NCBI GenBank assembly: GCA_003210795.1
Contig: QCUJ01000005.1
Location: 3,539 to 67,538, forward strand
Source: Synechococcus sp. AG-679-B05
GTDB lineage: Bacteria; Cyanobacteriota; Cyanobacteriia; PCC-6307; Cyanobiaceae
Direction: 5' to 3'
Length of the DNA stretch: 64,000 nucleotides
A program made the position numbers and the translations under genes. Positions 60,982 to 64,000 of the stretch are shown here, piece by piece (positions within the stretch are counted from its first letter, which is position 1; each line of letters begins with the position of its first letter). Below the pieces are notes generated by a model that did no database searches, was not told the DNA's origin, and worked only from the letters and a program-made list of their open reading frames with translations.

Positions 60982-60984
60982 CGA

Positions 60985-61215
60985 TTAATCCTCAATGAGG
61001 GTGATACCGCTGGCCTGCTCCTCCAAATGAGCAGCTCGATCGAGAACGGCTTTGAGCACCTCTTCACCATCCAGTTCCAGAGAAAGCTGTTGCAAGGTGA
61101 AGGCAACATCTCGACTGGCCGTCAGAACTGCTGGCGAGACCTGCTCAACGGGAATCGAGGATGGCGAGCGCTTCTTGGATTTTTTACCTGTTCTTGTTCC
61201 GGAATCACTGGTCAT
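60985..61215 (-). CDS. Hypothetical protein
   Basis: 76-aa ATG ORF co-oriented with its neighbours. Confidence 0.55.
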   Translation of the reverse strand: MTSDSGTRTGKKSKKRSPSSIPVEQVSPAVLTASRDVAFTLQQLSLELDGEEVLKAVLDRAAHLEEQASGITLIED

Positions 61216-61297
61216 GGTCAGCTGTTGAGCTCCTTCATTCTGGTCATTTTTTGCTTGGGATCACAACACCCACGAAATGGACCCGTGAGCTGAGAGC

Positions 61298-62671
61298 CTA
61301 AAGATCGAACGCGTCAAAAGCGATGAACAAAGCATGGCGGTCGGGATTGAAGTGCTGCACCCCCTGTAAGGTCGCAACGATTTCACCATTCGCAACAACC
61401 TGGGTGTCTTGTCCACTCACCTGAAACGTCGGCGCGACGGATGGAGCATCAAAGACCAAGTGATCCTTACGGCGATTGAAGTCTTTCACTGTCACGTAAG
61501 CCCCTGCAGTGGTATTGATCAAAAACTGGTCACGTCCATGTCCACCAATAACGAGATTGGCTGAACCTGTTCCGGCATACAGCACATCAGCCCCTTTTTT
61601 TCCTTTGAGACGATTGGATGCGGAATTTCCAATCAAGCGGTCATCACCCTTGCCACCGATAGCCTGTTCAATCACACATAACCCTGCTGATATCCCCAAG
61701 GTCAGACCATCCCAGTCATGCGCAATCGTGAAACCGCCGGTGATTCCATCGACACGGCTGATAAAACCACCCGCCTGAGAATCTGCTCCTAAAGTTGCGC
61801 TGCGTAGATCAATGGTGACGGGACTCGTTGCGTTGGAAGCTGTAATGCGATCATTACCGCCCGTATCCCAGATAGCACGCCAACCGCTTGCCTCCTGATT
61901 GATTAACGGCAATCGGTAGGTGTTATCTCCAGATGCTGTCGTTGGGTTGATACCGTAAATCCACTGCAAAGCAGCTATGTCAAGTGCTCCGGGGTGCTGG
62001 AGAAATCCATAATCAGCTTTTGATGTTGGCACCAGACCATTGCGTGCCCCTTTATCGACATAACTGAGCTGGGTATATGGATGAGCATTCTGGTCAAACT
62101 CGCCCTTGTTCTTGAATTCGTTCGATGTACTACTCAAACCTGGAAACCGGGGCTGGCCCAGCAGTCCTTTCTCATGAGGGTGCTTTAGACCTACGGCATG
62201 AGAAAGCTCATGCAGAAAGGTAATGCCGTAAAAACTTCCCGGAGCGATTGAGTGATTGAAGGAGCCATTCTCCAACCTGTAGAACGACCAATTCACTGCA
62301 ACCATTCCCTCATCTGAATCGCTTCCGGGGGTATAGGCAAAGCCATAAGTTCCCTCTGCATTGCTGTCATCAAGGGTGTAAAACCAGATCTCAACATTGT
62401 CATCGTTATCGTCACCTCGATCGACAAAGGTCAATCCACAAACAGCCTCAATCGCCTCAATCGCCTGCTCCATCACTGCACGCTCTGCAGCACTCCAGCC
62501 CCAGGAGGGGTAACCACCGAACTCACCCGTGATCAGGGGAGAGGTATCGCTGATGAAGGTGTAACCGACAGTGGGATCCTCTGGGGTCACACCCCAACGA
62601 AAGCCGTCCGTGAGCCCGTCAATCCACTGATTGCCTGAACGGGGAACTGCTACCGCCATCTTGTAGGCCAT
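61298..62671 (-). CDS. Serralysin-like M10B zinc metalloprotease with RTX-like C-terminus
   Basis: HELSHAVGLKH (HExxHxxGxxH), LDIAALQWIYG, IWDTGGND, IEQAIGGKGDD. Confidence 0.9.
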   Translation of the reverse strand: MAYKMAVAVPRSGNQWIDGLTDGFRWGVTPEDPTVGYTFISDTSPLITGEFGGYPSWGWSAAERAVMEQAIEAIEAVCGLTFVDRGDDNDDNVEIWFYTLDDSNAEGTYGFAYTPGSDSDEGMVAVNWSFYRLENGSFNHSIAPGSFYGITFLHELSHAVGLKHPHEKGLLGQPRFPGLSSTSNEFKNKGEFDQNAHPYTQLSYVDKGARNGLVPTSKADYGFLQHPGALDIAALQWIYGINPTTASGDNTYRLPLINQEASGWRAIWDTGGNDRITASNATSPVTIDLRSATLGADSQAGGFISRVDGITGGFTIAHDWDGLTLGISAGLCVIEQAIGGKGDDRLIGNSASNRLKGKKGADVLYAGTGSANLVIGGHGRDQFLINTTAGAYVTVKDFNRRKDHLVFDAPSVAPTFQVSGQDTQVVANGEIVATLQGVQHFNPDRHALFIAFDAFDL

Positions 62672-62813
62672 AGCAATTGTTCTGCCGAGTCGGTTCAAGC
62701 TAATCAAAACAGGGCAAAGGAATCAAATTCTGATCACAGGCCTATGTCATTTTGAGGCTCAAGGCCACCATTGATCATCCAGACCCGACATCATCAAAGC
62801 AATCAAGGTTTGA

Positions 62814-63611
62814 ATGATGCAAAGCCCTCGGCCGATCAATGATCCCACCAGTGGTTTGGTGGGACTGATTGCTATTGGTCTGAGCCTTCTCCTGCTGCTG
62901 GGCCAGGCATTTTTCATCGTCCCAGCCGGGAAAGTGGCCGTCGTCACCACTCTGGGCAAGGTGAGTGGCGGCTCAAGGCTCCCCGGGCTTAACTTCAAAA
63001 TCCCTTTTGTGCAGTCGATCTACCCATTCGATGTGCGCACCCAGGTCAAACCAGAGGAGTTCGCCACCCTCACCAAAGACCTTCAGGTCATTGAGGCCAC
63101 GGCCACAGTAAAATATGCCGTTCGCCCCGAAGAAGCGGGTCGCGTTTATCGGACCATCGCCAGCAACGACCGTGACGTCTACCCCCGAATCATCCAACCG
63201 TCCCTGCTGAAAGCACTCAAATCAGTGTTTTCGCAGTACGAGCTGGTCACGATCGCCACCGAATGGAACGATATCTCCTCGCTTGTTGAGCGCACGGTGG
63301 CTGAGGAACTGGACAAATTCGACTACGTCGACGTTCGCGGCCTCGATCTCACAGGTTTGCAGATCGCCAAGGAATACCGCGCAGCCATTGAACAGAAGCA
63401 GATCGCGGAACAGCAGCTGCTCCGCGCCAAAACCGAAGTGAAAATCGCTGAACAGGAAGCGATCCGTTACGACACTCTTAATCGCAGCTTGGATAGCCAG
63501 GTTCTGTTCAAACTTTTCCTCGACAAATGGGATGGTCAAACAGAAGTTGTTCCTGCGCTGCCAGGAACAGTTGCTGGATCACCCCCAGTCATCGTTGGTC
63601 GGCGTAGCTGA
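62814..63611 (+). CDS. Prohibitin/SPFH (band 7) family protein
   Basis: TM anchor, FIVPAG, PGLNFKIPF, LTKDLQ, AIEQKQIAEQ. Confidence 0.92.
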   Translation: MMQSPRPINDPTSGLVGLIAIGLSLLLLLGQAFFIVPAGKVAVVTTLGKVSGGSRLPGLNFKIPFVQSIYPFDVRTQVKPEEFATLTKDLQVIEATATVKYAVRPEEAGRVYRTIASNDRDVYPRIIQPSLLKALKSVFSQYELVTIATEWNDISSLVERTVAEELDKFDYVDVRGLDLTGLQIAKEYRAAIEQKQIAEQQLLRAKTEVKIAEQEAIRYDTLNRSLDSQVLFKLFLDKWDGQTEVVPALPGTVAGSPPVIVGRRS

Positions 63612-63622
63612 GGGTTCCGCTG

Positions 63623-64000
63623 ATGACGTCTGACCAGCAATCTCTCTTAGAGGAAGGTCATCGTCTTGATGCATTACATGGCAGCTACGACGGTGAAGCT
63701 CAACTGAATGAGTCGTTCATCGTTTAACGTTCTGCGCCGGCTTGATTGCAACACAGGGCCTGCTGTCCAACAATGCTGCGGTGGTGATCGGCGCCATGGT
63801 GGTTGCTCCGTGGATACTCCCTCTACGGGTCGTTGTTTTTGCTCTGTTGAGCGGCAGCCCTCGGATTCTGTTCAGAGCCATGGCAACACTCGCCGCCGTC
63901 GCAGCCATCACGGTGCTGCTGTCGACGGGGCTTGGTTTGTTCTTTCGCGCCAACGGTCTGCTGAATGTGGACCTATTGCCTGAACAGGTCATGGCGCGGC
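63623..64000 (+). pseudogene. DUF389 family membrane protein, frameshifted at ~63723, runs off window
   Basis: MTSDQQ...LNESFIV* then in the shifted frame LTFCAGLIATQGLLSNNAAVVIGAMVVAPWILPL. Confidence 0.78.

Larger units (their letters stand above)
51539..62750. mobile_element. Older, eroded accessory island continuing beyond the att repeat
   Basis: AT-richer, low coding density, gene fragments and island-type small genes; right boundary approximate, no third tRNA fragment seen. Confidence 0.55.

Overview
Chromosomal window of a marine picocyanobacterium, most likely Synechococcus (inferred from gene content and order). Bases 1-43,730 are GC-rich core genome: groEL2, nanE, the ctaA/ctaB and ctaCDE cytochrome c oxidase cluster, ribC, cobT, topA, ndhB, birA, vipp1, sppA, aroH, rpmH-rnpA-yidC, serS, rseP, rpsN, pnp, cysQ and rsmI. 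One OmpR-family regulator in this stretch is broken by a TAG nonsense codon. tRNA-Arg(TCT) at 43,803-43,876 opens an AT-richer accessory region. The first 7.7 kb is bounded by a duplicate of the tRNA 3' half (51,489-51,530) and has no recognisable integrase. It carries two intact paralogous genes resembling phage small terminase (TerS), at least one decayed remnant of a third, six GACGYAA-N6/8-TTGCGAC dyads, a second family of 18-bp dyads, an 8-bp tandem repeat, candidate small RNAs or attenuators, and small cargo genes. This is the best candidate here for an undescribed system: a non-autonomous, accreting TerS-plus-cargo element; its function is inference only. An older island follows to about 62.7 kb, with DUF1269, DUF3303, DUF2973, a metallothionein missed by the ORF track that has a Zur-type box, and a serralysin-like protease. 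The window ends with an SPFH gene and a frameshifted DUF389 gene. All family assignments are by eye; no searches were run.
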